This document shows positions 49,750-59,093 of a stretch of DNA of 64,000 bases, one piece after another. The DNA is from an uncultured Pseudomonadota bacterium. GTDB lineage: Bacteria; Pseudomonadota; Gammaproteobacteria; DASZBR01. The stretch's first letter is position 1, and each line of letters begins with the position of its first letter. The stretch spans positions 134,015-198,014 of the forward strand of contig CAVQJZ010000007.1 in assembly GCA_963712965.1 (NCBI GenBank), given 5' to 3'. The notes beneath the pieces were generated by a model that saw nothing but the letters and a program-made list of their open reading frames with translations, was not told where the DNA came from and ran no database searches. The translations under genes were made by a program, and so were the position numbers.

Positions 49750-51324
49750 TTATTTAAACCAATGCTCGCGCGCTTTCATGATTAAGTTTGCTGCTTTTTC
49801 TTCGGCGATTTCGGTCACATCCAATAAATCAGCCACCGATTGTTCCGCTAAATCTTCACGCGTGATAATGCCATGATTGGCTAATTCTTTTGCTAACTCT
49901 GTGGTCATCCCAGGCATCGTTAATAAATCTTGCGCAGGTTCTACAGCAGATAACCTTTCTTCGCTTGCAATCGCTTTCGTCAATAAAATATCTTTGGCGC
50001 GCGAACGCAATGCTTCCACAACTTCTTCATCAAATCCTTCAATCGCAAGCAGCTCTTTTGCTGGCACGTAGGCAATTTCTTCCACGTTCGTAAATCCTTG
50101 CTCGGCTAAAATGCGTGCTAGATCTTCATCGACACCGAGTTCATCAATAAACACTTGCAACGTATTTTGTGATTCTGTTTGATGTTTTTGTTCAGCTTCT
50201 TGCTTGGTCATGACATTTAATGTCCAACCTGTTAATTGACTTGCCAAACGAACATTTTGTCCATTTTTACCAATCGCTTGTGATAATTGACTTTCATCAA
50301 CAGCCACATCAATGGTGTGTGTATCTTCATCAACCACGATAGAAGACACTTCAGCAGGCGCCATCGCATTAATGACTAATTGCGCCGGATTATCATCCCA
50401 TAACACGATATCAATACGTTCACCACCTAATTCACCGGATACCGCTTGCACACGTGAACCACGCATACCCACACAAGCACCGATCGGATCAATACGTCCA
50501 TCGTTGGTTTTTACGGCGATTTTTGCACGCATACCAGGATCACGTGCAGCACTTTTCACTTCAATTAATTGTTCACGAATTTCAGGCACTTCCAATTTAA
50601 ATAATTCGATTAACATTTCAGGGCTGGTGCGTGACAACATTAATTGCACACCGCGTGTTTCAGCGCGCACTTCATATAAATAACCACGTAAACGATCACC
50701 GGTACGTAATGCATCACGCGGCAATAAATTTTCGCGCAAAAACATGCCTTCCACATGGCCACCTAAATCAAGAATAATAAAATCGCGCGTAACTTTTTTA
50801 ACAGTACCGGTAATTAATTCGCCGATACGGTGTTGATAAGCATCCACCACTTTAGCCAGTTCTGCTTTACGCACTTCTTTGACAATTACTTGTTTGGCAA
50901 GTTGTGTTGCAATACGACCAAATTCAACGGAAGGCAATGACTCGGTAATTTCTTGACCAACTTCAATGTTAGGTTTTTTTGCTTTTGCTTCAGTCAAGCT
51001 AATATCTTTATCTTCATTCATGACATCGGCATCGGCCACAACAATCCAATAACGTTCTGTTTCATAATGCCCAGTTTCACGATCAATCGTGACACGTGCT
51101 TCGATTTCCATACCATATTTTTTCTTAGTGGCGGCAACTAATGCGGTTTCCATTGCTTGGAAAATAATTTCTTCGGGTACGCCAATTTCGTTTGATACCG
51201 ATTTAAATACCAACAAAAGTTCTTTGCCACTTGGGCCTGTCGTTACTTTAGCGACATCTTTCGTTTTTGTTCTTGTCTTTGCTTTTGCTCTGGTCTTTGT
51301 TTTATCACTCGTCGTCTTACTCAT
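49750..51324 (-). CDS. nusA: Transcription termination/antitermination factor NusA, with a Lys/Thr-rich N-terminal extension
   Basis: S1, KH1/KH2 and two C-terminal HhH (AR) repeats are recognisable. About 33 extra N-terminal residues ([23 protein letters not shown]...). Confidence 0.95.
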   Translation of the reverse strand: MSKTTSDKTKTRAKAKTRTKTKDVAKVTTGPSGKELLLVFKSVSNEIGVPEEIIFQAMETALVAATKKKYGMEIEARVTIDRETGHYETERYWIVVADADVMNEDKDISLTEAKAKKPNIEVGQEITESLPSVEFGRIATQLAKQVIVKEVRKAELAKVVDAYQHRIGELITGTVKKVTRDFIILDLGGHVEGMFLRENLLPRDALRTGDRLRGYLYEVRAETRGVQLMLSRTSPEMLIELFKLEVPEIREQLIEVKSAARDPGMRAKIAVKTNDGRIDPIGACVGMRGSRVQAVSGELGGERIDIVLWDDNPAQLVINAMAPAEVSSIVVDEDTHTIDVAVDESQLSQAIGKNGQNVRLASQLTGWTLNVMTKQEAEQKHQTESQNTLQVFIDELGVDEDLARILAEQGFTNVEEIAYVPAKELLAIEGFDEEVVEALRSRAKDILLTKAIASEERLSAVEPAQDLLTMPGMTTELAKELANHGIITREDLAEQSVADLLDVTEIAEEKAANLIMKAREHWFK

Positions 51325-51342
51325 CGTTTTATCCTCTCTTGC

Positions 51343-51807
51343 TTAAAACTTTGCAACAATGTTGGCACGTTCAATATTGTTAAACGCAATCAACATCAAT
51401 GACTTACTCTCTTCAATTAATAAACTCAGTGTTTCATCATGCACTGCTTGTAAAATACCCAAAAAATTACGCTGATTTTCCACCGGCATTCTCAAACGCA
51501 ACTTCACTTTCTCGCCAACAAAACGTTGATATTGCTCCCGGTTAAATAATGGTCGATCTAACCCTGGCGACGATACTTCTAAAACATAACGCCCTGAAAT
51601 CGGGTTATTCACTTCTAATACACCGCTCATTTGATGACTTGCTGCTTCGCAATCTTCTACCGTAACGCCTTCGGGTTTATCGATGTATACCCGAAGCAAC
51701 GTACTTGGCGAACCTGATTGCAATACGCAACCCCACCATTCAAGCCCTAATGCCGCCACAGCAGGCTCAAGCAACTCTTCTAATGTTATTACCGTTTCAT
51801 TTCGCAT
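51343..51807 (-). CDS. rimP: Ribosome maturation factor RimP
   Basis: 154 aa. YVLEVSSPGLDRPL motif. Position tRNA-fMet / rimP / nusA. Confidence 0.92.
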   Translation of the reverse strand: MRNETVITLEELLEPAVAALGLEWWGCVLQSGSPSTLLRVYIDKPEGVTVEDCEAASHQMSGVLEVNNPISGRYVLEVSSPGLDRPLFNREQYQRFVGEKVKLRLRMPVENQRNFLGILQAVHDETLSLLIEESKSLMLIAFNNIERANIVAKF

Positions 51808-51821
51808 ATTTTATAAAACTC

Positions 51822-51851
51822 AAAAATAAAAAAACCCCATAAAGGGGTTTT
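51822..51851 (-). terminator. Intrinsic terminator/attenuator between tRNA-fMet and rimP
   Basis: Minus strand: AAAACCCC-TTTAT-GGGGTTTT followed by a T-run. This is analogous to the metY-rimP terminator of E. coli. Confidence 0.6.
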
Positions 51852-51873
51852 GTTCTCTTTTAACGTCATGTGT

Positions 51874-51950
<77 letters not shown>

Positions 51951-52020
51951 CCAAGGCGGCCACTATACCGAAAGGGTTAGGGTGATTCAAGGAAAATAGT
52001 AGGAAAATCAATGACTCATA

Positions 52021-52047
52021 CATTTTTGAAGTTGAACTTCAAAAATG
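52021..52047. promoter_or_regulatory. 11-bp perfect inverted repeat CATTTTTGAAG-ttgaa-CTTCAAAAATG overlapping a putative promoter
   Basis: TTGAAG (52026-52031), 16-nt spacer, TAATAC (52048-52053), upstream of the ATPase gene. Confidence 0.35.
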
Positions 52048-52072
52048 TAATACTGTTTGCTATAGTGCGCTT

Positions 52073-53242
52073 ATGTTTAATCGACTCATCGAGCCAGAGC
52101 TCAAACAACTTGCCAAAGACTACCCCGTCGTCACGATTGTCGGTCCACGCCAATCCGGTAAAACAACACTCGTTGAAAAAGTTTTTCCTCGCAAAGCCTA
52201 TGTCAACTTAGAAGAACCTGATGTGCGCGCCTTTGCACAAAAAGATCCCAGAGACTTCCTCAGTCAGTATCCACAAGGTGCTATTCTCGATGAAATACAA
52301 CGCGTACCGCAACTCTTATCCTACATCCAAGCGCGTGTTGATAAAGAAAAGAAAAAAGGCATCTACATTTTAACGGGTAGTCACCAATTAGAATTGCATC
52401 AAGCCATCAGTCAATCATTAGCAGGTAGAACGGCACTACTTCAATTGCTTCCATTAAGTATTGCAGAGCTCAAACAAGCAAAAACAGAATTTACGACGGA
52501 AGACTATTTACTCAACGGATTTTATCCACGCATTTATCAAGATAAATTGAATCCTACTAAAGCTTACCGCAATTATTTTCAAACGTATTTGGAACGCGAT
52601 GTAAGACAGCTCATTAATGTCAAAGACTTAACATTATTTCAACATTTTATTAAATTATGCGCCGGACGTATTGGGCAAATCATGAACGTGCACAGTTTAA
52701 GTAACGATCTTGGTGTTTCAAGTCATACTGTAAAACATTGGCTGTCGATACTCGAAGCATCATTTATTCTTTTTCAATTACCACCTTATTTTGAAAACTT
52801 TGGCAAGCGCTTGATTAAATCACCTAAATTTTATTTTACTGATGTAGGGTTGGCGAGTTTTTTATTGGATATTGAAAACACTCAACAATTAATCCGCGAT
52901 CCTTTACGAGGCGCGCTATTTGAAAACTTGGTTGTCATTGAATTATTAAAAACGCGCGTCAACCAAGGGTTAGACCCACATTTATATTACTTTCGCGATA
53001 GCCAGCAACATGAAATAGATGTGATTTATAAAAATGCTCAACAACTTGTACCTATTGAAATCAAATCAGGAAAAACTTTTCATGGCGAATTTCTTAAAAA
53101 CTTACAATTCTTCCAAGCATTGGTCGGGAAAAAACGCTGCCCTAAGGGATTTTTAATTTACAACGGCGAACATGAGCAGCGAGTTAACGACTGGCATGTC
53201 ATTAACTTGCTGCATAGTGAACAAGTATTTACCACGCTTTAA
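52073..53242 (+). CDS. AAA-type ATPase with DUF4143-like C-terminal domain
   Basis: 389 aa. Walker A GPRQSGKTT, Walker B ILDEIQ. The C-terminal half resembles the DUF4143 (restriction-endonuclease-like fold) family. Confidence 0.8.
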   Translation: MFNRLIEPELKQLAKDYPVVTIVGPRQSGKTTLVEKVFPRKAYVNLEEPDVRAFAQKDPRDFLSQYPQGAILDEIQRVPQLLSYIQARVDKEKKKGIYILTGSHQLELHQAISQSLAGRTALLQLLPLSIAELKQAKTEFTTEDYLLNGFYPRIYQDKLNPTKAYRNYFQTYLERDVRQLINVKDLTLFQHFIKLCAGRIGQIMNVHSLSNDLGVSSHTVKHWLSILEASFILFQLPPYFENFGKRLIKSPKFYFTDVGLASFLLDIENTQQLIRDPLRGALFENLVVIELLKTRVNQGLDPHLYYFRDSQQHEIDVIYKNAQQLVPIEIKSGKTFHGEFLKNLQFFQALVGKKRCPKGFLIYNGEHEQRVNDWHVINLLHSEQVFTTL

Positions 53243-54062
53243 TCGCATCACCGTGGAAAATTTGTTGTGCTGCTTGCAATACTTGTGGTGATTGGAAAGC
53301 TTGCACTAACTCTTGTAGCTTGGGATCATTTTTATCTTTGGTGCGCACCACGATAACATTAGCATACAAAGAATCTGTGCCTTCAAGAAACAATGCATCA
53401 TCGTGACGGCTCACATTCGCATTAATTTCCGGATGTAACCCAGCCTCAATTGCATAGTTGGTATTAATCGCCGCCAAATCCACATCGGGCAATACACGTG
53501 GAATTTGCGCTGCATCTAATTCTTTAATCTTTAAGTGCATCGGATTCGATGCGATATCTTCTACGGTTGCCATGATAGTCACGTTAGGCTCTAAAGTAAT
53601 TAGCCCTGCTTTTTGCAACAACAATAATGCACGCGCTTCATTGGTTGGATCGTTTGGCACTGCCACAATCGCGCCCGGTTTTAATTCTTTTAATGTATTC
53701 AATTTAGAAGAATATAAACCCATGGGATAAACAAATGTTTTGCCGATTGCGCTAAATTGATAATGATGTTGTGACATGCAAGCAGCTAAATAAGGAACAT
53801 GTTGAAACATATTAGCATCAATACTACCATCCGCTAACGCACGATTCGGCATGGTGTAATCAGTAAATTGTATAATTTTGACGTGCAATCCAAATTTTTG
53901 TAATGCCACATTTTTAGCGACTTGCATTAATTGTGTTTCTGGCCCCGCAATGGTTCCCACACGAATTTGATCGGCGGGTTCTTGGCTTTTACTACACCCG
54001 GCTAGCAACAAAATAACCGCGCATAAAAAAACTTTTTTCAACCCTTTCATTTGCATAGCCAC
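53229..54062 (-). CDS. metQ: Methionine ABC transporter substrate-binding lipoprotein (NlpA/MetQ family)
   Basis: 277 aa. Lipobox LLAGC. IRVGTIAGPETQ..., NTNYA motif. Confidence 0.9.
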   Translation of the reverse strand: MAMQMKGLKKVFLCAVILLLAGCSKSQEPADQIRVGTIAGPETQLMQVAKNVALQKFGLHVKIIQFTDYTMPNRALADGSIDANMFQHVPYLAACMSQHHYQFSAIGKTFVYPMGLYSSKLNTLKELKPGAIVAVPNDPTNEARALLLLQKAGLITLEPNVTIMATVEDIASNPMHLKIKELDAAQIPRVLPDVDLAAINTNYAIEAGLHPEINANVSRHDDALFLEGTDSLYANVIVVRTKDKNDPKLQELVQAFQSPQVLQAAQQIFHGDAIKAW

Positions 54063-54070
54063 CTCAATTA

Positions 54071-54730
54071 TTAACGATGATTACATTTGTGTGCGAAGTA
54101 ATCACCAACATATTGCACCAGTTGTACCAATGCAATTAATAAAATAATCGTCATGATCATGACATTCGTTTCAAATCGTTCATAACCATAACGAATCGCA
54201 AAATCACCCAATCCGCCACCACCAATTGCACCTGCCATCGCAGCATACCCAATCAAAGCGATAAACATCAATGTGATGCCAGAAATAATGCTAACCAATG
54301 CTTCTGGCAACAAAATTTTTATAATAATTTGCAACGGTGTTGCACCCATGGCTAATCCTGCTTCAATTAAACCATGCGATACTTCACTCAATGCATTTTC
54401 CACGACGCGTGCAATAAATGGCGCAGCCGAAAGTGTTAATGGCACCATCGCCGCTTCTGTACCAATGGATGTACCCACAACAAAACGCGTCAATGGAATA
54501 ATGGCTACTAATAAAATAATAAAAGGAATAGAACGCAATGCATTCACCATTGCTGCCAATACCCTATGCCAAAAACGATTGGCAAATAATCCATGTTCAC
54601 GTGTAGTAAGTAACAAAATACCCAATGGCAATCCTAAAACAAATGCACACACGCCAGAAACGACCACCATTTTAATAGTTTGCCATGTCGCCTCAATTAA
54701 TTCAGATGTCAGATGTGTTGAGATAACCAA
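54071..54730 (-). CDS. metI: Methionine ABC transporter permease
   Basis: 219 aa, five TM, EAA-type loop (EAGLAMGATPLQII). Confidence 0.92.
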   Translation of the reverse strand: MVISTHLTSELIEATWQTIKMVVVSGVCAFVLGLPLGILLLTTREHGLFANRFWHRVLAAMVNALRSIPFIILLVAIIPLTRFVVGTSIGTEAAMVPLTLSAAPFIARVVENALSEVSHGLIEAGLAMGATPLQIIIKILLPEALVSIISGITLMFIALIGYAAMAGAIGGGGLGDFAIRYGYERFETNVMIMTIILLIALVQLVQYVGDYFAHKCNHR

Positions 54731-55748
54731 TGATATCCACCTCTAAACCTTGTTGTTGAAGATAATCAATGCCGGCTTGTGCTTGATTGTTCTTATCCAT
54801 CACCGAACAAATCATAATGCCAATAGTGTCATGCACAATATATTCCATACTCGCTTGCAAAATATTTAATTCTAATCCAAGTTTTTTTGACAAATTAGCA
54901 ATAACGGGTTCGGTGGCTGTATTGCCACGAAAATAAATACGCCACACTGGTTGGGCATGCAGTTGCGCGGTTAAAAATAATTTTTCTTTGATGGGTGCAG
55001 GCAATTCACATTTTAATGCTGAACGCACAAAATATTGCGCCATTTCTGTTTTGGGACGCGCAAACAAATCCACCACTGAACTGGTTTCAATAATTCTGCC
55101 ATGATCTAAAACGGCTACTCGATCACAAATTTGTTTCACGACATCCATCTCATGCGTAATTAATAAAATAGTGAGATTTAACTTCTGATTAATATCTTTT
55201 AACAATGCCAGAATAGATTGCGTGGTATGAATATCGAGCGCCGATGTTGCCTCATCACACAGCAAAACCTTCGGTTGATTAGCCAACGCACGCGCAATCG
55301 CCACACGCTGTTTTTGCCCACCACTTAATTGCGCAGGGAATCTCTTTTCTTTATCCGTAAGCCCTGTAAGCTCTAACAATGACAATACACGTTCATGAAT
55401 AATTTTTTTCGGTGTTTTATTTAAATACAATGGCAATGCAATATTATCAAATACACTACGCGATGATAATAAATTGAAATGTTGAAAAATCATGCCCATG
55501 TCTTTTCGTGCATGACGCAATGACTTACCTGATAACTGTGTCAATTCATAACCAGCGACTTTTACAGACCCACTCGTCGGACGCTCCAATAAATTCACAC
55601 ATCGAATTAACGTACTTTTGCCCGCACCACTTTTGCCAATCACACCAACAATTTCACCGGCGTTAACACAAAGCGATACATTATTTAGTGCTTGAGTTTC
55701 TTGACCTTTATGTGAATAAATTTTATTGAGATGGGTTAATTCAATCAC
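54702..55748 (-). CDS. metN: Methionine ABC transporter ATP-binding protein
   Basis: 348 aa. Walker A GKSGAGKST, LSGGQKQR, C-terminal NIL domain. Confidence 0.93.
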   Translation of the reverse strand: MIELTHLNKIYSHKGQETQALNNVSLCVNAGEIVGVIGKSGAGKSTLIRCVNLLERPTSGSVKVAGYELTQLSGKSLRHARKDMGMIFQHFNLLSSRSVFDNIALPLYLNKTPKKIIHERVLSLLELTGLTDKEKRFPAQLSGGQKQRVAIARALANQPKVLLCDEATSALDIHTTQSILALLKDINQKLNLTILLITHEMDVVKQICDRVAVLDHGRIIETSSVVDLFARPKTEMAQYFVRSALKCELPAPIKEKLFLTAQLHAQPVWRIYFRGNTATEPVIANLSKKLGLELNILQASMEYIVHDTIGIMICSVMDKNNQAQAGIDYLQQQGLEVDIIGYLNTSDI

Positions 55749-55749
55749 G

Positions 55750-57915
55750 CTATTTCTCTAATAAATAACAGTGGTGATATGCCGCGCGACGCTTGAAATC
55801 TAATGGCAGTGTCAGCTTACTTAAATCATGTACTTTAAATAATACACCGACATCCGGCGCTAATTTGAAATTATGTTTATTCGTCGCAAAATATAATTTT
55901 CCTTTAGGCGCTAATAATCGATGCGCTTGCGACAATAATTCTCCTTGATCACGCTCAATATCAAATGTTTGCTCCATACGCTTAGAATTAGAAAATGTGG
56001 GGGGCTCCAAATAAATCACATCGTATTGACGTTTTTCATTTTTCATCCATTCAATACAATCGGCTTGGATAAAATGATGGCGATGCTCACTAAATCCATT
56101 TAACGCCATATTCTTTTTTGCCCACTGCAAATAAGGCGCAGACATATCTACACTTGTGGTACTTGCCGCACCACCGATTGCTGCATAAACCGTGGCAGAA
56201 CCCGTGTAACAAAACAAATTCAAAAAATGTTTGCCTTTCACATTGGTTTTAATCATAGCGCGCGTCATACGTTGATCGAGAAACAATCCCGTATCAACAT
56301 AATCGGATAAATTCACTAATAATTTGGCTTCATCTTCTTTAATTTCGAGCATTCTTTCTGCTTGATTTAATTTTTGATGTTGCGCACCGGGTTTTTGCCG
56401 GCGTTTGACTTTGACAAAAACATTTTCTGGATTAACCTCAAAGATTTCTGGCAACACCGACACCGCATTATCTAAACGTTCTTGTGCTTTATCGGGATCA
56501 ATGGTTTTGGGTGGCGCATATTCTTGGACATGAACACAATGACCATAACAATCAATCGCTATTGCATAATCAGGCAAATCGGCATCATAAACACGATAAC
56601 AACTGATATGCTCACGCGCCGCCCAACGCTGCAAATGCTTATTATTTTTCTGCGCGCGATCCATAAACATTTGCAGCGATGGATTCGGTAGGGGCACGAT
56701 ATTCGGTAGGGGCACGATGCGTCGTGCCCCTACCGTTGTTTTTACAAAAGACGCTTCTGCAATATCAAACAATAATAATTTACAAGGAATCGTCCCATTA
56801 AAAAACACATACATTTTTTTCGCGCGCAATCCCATGGTTTTCCCCAACTCTGGATTGCCCGTCAATATTGCACCACGCCAATGCAAAAAATGATTTTTAA
56901 ACGTTTCACTTAACCGTTGATATAAATACATCAACTCAGATGCTTCACCTAAACGCTCGCCATACGGTGGATTAACGATGACCAATCCTGGGTGTTTTTG
57001 CCATTGCTGTAAGGATACGACTTGCGCTAATTCTCGTTTTTCCAAATGAATCAGTTGTTGTAAATTTATGTTCGCGACATGCTGGATACCTTCACGAATA
57101 CGTTGCGCATCAGCATCATAGCCAATAATAGTAGATGTAATATCACGTTTGGCGGCATTCGCTTCTTGCAATAATTTTTCCCACAATTTTTTGTCATGCC
57201 CACGCCATTTTAAAAACCCAAAATAACGACGCAATAATCCTGGCGCAATATTGCCGGCGATTAACGCCGCTTCAATAGGAATCGTGGCAGAACCACACAT
57301 CAAATCCACCAACGTTCCACCGTTTAAAGCAATTTGTTCCCACCCTGCACGAATTAATAACGCCGCGGCTAAATTTTCTTTTAATGGCGCTTCACCACCA
57401 TGCTCACGATAATGGCGTTTATGCAAACTCTCGCCTGATAAATCAATACTGACGGTGGCAACATCTGCTTGCACATGTACATTAATTCTGACATCAGGTT
57501 GCGCTTTTTCTACGCTGGGACGCTCCTCAAAACGCGCACGAAATTGATCCACAATGGCATCTTTAACTTTTTGCGCACCGAATTGCGTATGTGTGATCGC
57601 TGAATTAATACTGGTAAAATCAATAGCGAGTGTGTCGCTATAAAAGAGATGCTCTGACCAATCAATTTGACCAATACCGATATATAGCGCTTGAGGATTT
57701 TCGGCAGAAAATGTCGCAATAGGAAATAATATTCGGCTGGCTAAGCGTGACCATAAACAAACTTTATAAGCTAATTCCAAATCACCCTGAAATGACATGC
57801 CGGCTGCACGTAATTTAATATGTGTAGCACCCAAACGCTGCAACTCTTCGCTGAGTAATTCAATCAACCCTTTTGCGCAAGTGGCAAAAAAAGTTGTTGT
57901 GTTTTTTTCATGCAT
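55750..57915 (-). CDS. rlmL: Bifunctional 23S rRNA m2G2445 / m7G2069 methyltransferase RlmKL
   Basis: 721 aa. THUMP plus N-terminal methyltransferase (VNPPYGERLG) and C-terminal methyltransferase (NLFCYTGS). Confidence 0.93.
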   Translation of the reverse strand: MHEKNTTTFFATCAKGLIELLSEELQRLGATHIKLRAAGMSFQGDLELAYKVCLWSRLASRILFPIATFSAENPQALYIGIGQIDWSEHLFYSDTLAIDFTSINSAITHTQFGAQKVKDAIVDQFRARFEERPSVEKAQPDVRINVHVQADVATVSIDLSGESLHKRHYREHGGEAPLKENLAAALLIRAGWEQIALNGGTLVDLMCGSATIPIEAALIAGNIAPGLLRRYFGFLKWRGHDKKLWEKLLQEANAAKRDITSTIIGYDADAQRIREGIQHVANINLQQLIHLEKRELAQVVSLQQWQKHPGLVIVNPPYGERLGEASELMYLYQRLSETFKNHFLHWRGAILTGNPELGKTMGLRAKKMYVFFNGTIPCKLLLFDIAEASFVKTTVGARRIVPLPNIVPLPNPSLQMFMDRAQKNNKHLQRWAAREHISCYRVYDADLPDYAIAIDCYGHCVHVQEYAPPKTIDPDKAQERLDNAVSVLPEIFEVNPENVFVKVKRRQKPGAQHQKLNQAERMLEIKEDEAKLLVNLSDYVDTGLFLDQRMTRAMIKTNVKGKHFLNLFCYTGSATVYAAIGGAASTTSVDMSAPYLQWAKKNMALNGFSEHRHHFIQADCIEWMKNEKRQYDVIYLEPPTFSNSKRMEQTFDIERDQGELLSQAHRLLAPKGKLYFATNKHNFKLAPDVGVLFKVHDLSKLTLPLDFKRRAAYHHCYLLEK
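56683..56735. repeat. REP-like palindrome with an 18-nt tandem duplication, inserted in frame in rlmL
   Basis: ATTCGGTAGGGGCACGAT occurs twice (56683-56700, 56701-56718). The hairpin CGGTAGGGGCACGA-tgcg-TCGTGCCCCTACCG spans 56704-56735. It encodes ...GARRIVPLPNIVPLPN.... Confidence 0.75.
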
Positions 57916-57933
57916 GAATTTTCACCAAAAATT

Positions 57934-58311
57934 TTAATCCCAAACGGCGTGCGAATAATTTTTCAAAATAGTTTCGTCTTTCGTCAACAGAGGATTTGCG
58001 TGTAACGCCGCTTGCGCCGCAATAACACGGTCAAAAGGATCACGTGTCCAAGACATGTGCAAACCCCTTTCAATCACTTTATAAAAAGGATGCGAACAAA
58101 TTTTTAAATAAATAACCTCTTGCAGTTCTTGAATAATTTCAGTTGCTGGCACAATCACTCGACCTATTTCATTAAGATAAGCCAGTTCCAGCATCACGAT
58201 GGGAGAAACATATTTCTCATGGCTATCCAATAGACGTATTGCTTTTTTGCTAAATTTGCGGCGATTCCCTTGATAAAGCCATACGATAATACTGGTATCC
58301 AGATAAATCAT
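57934..58311 (-). CDS. vapC: VapC-type PIN-domain toxin
   Basis: 125 aa from MIYLDTSIIVW. Acidic residues in LDTS, MLELAYL, RDPFDR, TKDE. ATGA overlap with the antitoxin stop. Confidence 0.85.
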   Translation of the reverse strand: MIYLDTSIIVWLYQGNRRKFSKKAIRLLDSHEKYVSPIVMLELAYLNEIGRVIVPATEIIQELQEVIYLKICSHPFYKVIERGLHMSWTRDPFDRVIAAQAALHANPLLTKDETILKNYSHAVWD

Positions 58312-58547
58312 GCTTTCCATTCTCCGGACCAATCAATGTGTGCAAAATCATTATCATTGCCTGTTGTGACATGTCTTCTTTTAGGCAAAACATCAAAAAC
58401 ACTGCCTCGCTTTTTCATATCTTCTACCGGAACAAGTTTTAATTTTTTACCATGTCGCTCTATTTCAACAGGCACCCCTGTTTTTAATACTGAATCGATA
58501 ATTTGATAAATATTCGAACGTAATGCAGTGATATGAATAGCTGACAT
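58308..58547 (-). CDS. Phd/YefM-like antitoxin
   Basis: 79 aa. ...ALRSNIYQIIDSVLKTGVPVEIERHGKKLKLVPVED. Translationally coupled to vapC. Confidence 0.75.
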   Translation of the reverse strand: MSAIHITALRSNIYQIIDSVLKTGVPVEIERHGKKLKLVPVEDMKKRGSVFDVLPKRRHVTTGNDNDFAHIDWSGEWKA

Positions 58548-58590
58548 AACTAACTCCTTCTGATGGAACTTATGATGAAGTATAGATTAT

Positions 58591-58622
58591 TAATAACGTA
58601 CGTCAATATACGTACGTTATTA
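58591..58622. promoter_or_regulatory. 12-bp perfect inverted repeat TAATAACGTACG-tcaatata-CGTACGTTATTA; candidate TA operator
   Basis: 44 nt upstream of the antitoxin start. Overlaps the stop codon of the upstream lipoprotein gene. No T-run follows it. Confidence 0.45.
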
Positions 58623-58970
58623 GTTGGCCCATGTGCCATCACGCTGGCGGCACACTTCGCCTGTTGTTTGTTGATCACGATGATATCTTTTATCCATCAC
58701 AAATTGATAATCACGACATGGCTCACCTTGCGCATTCACGTGTGTATCATTGGTGGTGAGCGTGTAAGTCACATCACCTTCGTCACTTTGCCACGTCACA
58801 GCATCGCCATCGATCGCTGTATTGACTACTTCTTGAAATTTCTGCTGCGCATCCGATGGAAGATTTTGCTGAAATTCTGCCGGATTGATTTCTTTAGGAG
58901 ACATGCTCGCGCAGCCACTTAATAAGATCCCAAGTCCAATCACCATTAAACTTTTATACCTTCGTTTCAC
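58620..58970 (-). CDS. Small surface/outer-membrane lipoprotein (17-kDa-antigen / RT0821-Lpp0805-like)
   Basis: 116 aa. Lipobox LLSGC. C-terminal ...PCRDYQF......CRQRDGTW pattern, recognised from memory of this family. Confidence 0.6.
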   Translation of the reverse strand: MKRRYKSLMVIGLGILLSGCASMSPKEINPAEFQQNLPSDAQQKFQEVVNTAIDGDAVTWQSDEGDVTYTLTTNDTHVNAQGEPCRDYQFVMDKRYHRDQQTTGEVCRQRDGTWAN

Positions 58971-59093
58971 CTTGCACCCCCCTGATTAAGCCTCTAGAAA
59001 CCATCTCTGCCCGAGTTGAGCGACATTCTACGACAAACTGCCCAATCTTTGTCTATACTTATTTCTAGCGGTAAAGCCAAAAGGGAGCAATCC

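Noticed and set aside
54273-54746. 157-aa ORF antisense to metI; similar antisense ORFs opposite atpA (35702-36085) and nusA (50312-50683)
   Set aside because: Each is fully contained in a strongly supported conserved gene. These are typical shadow ORFs.
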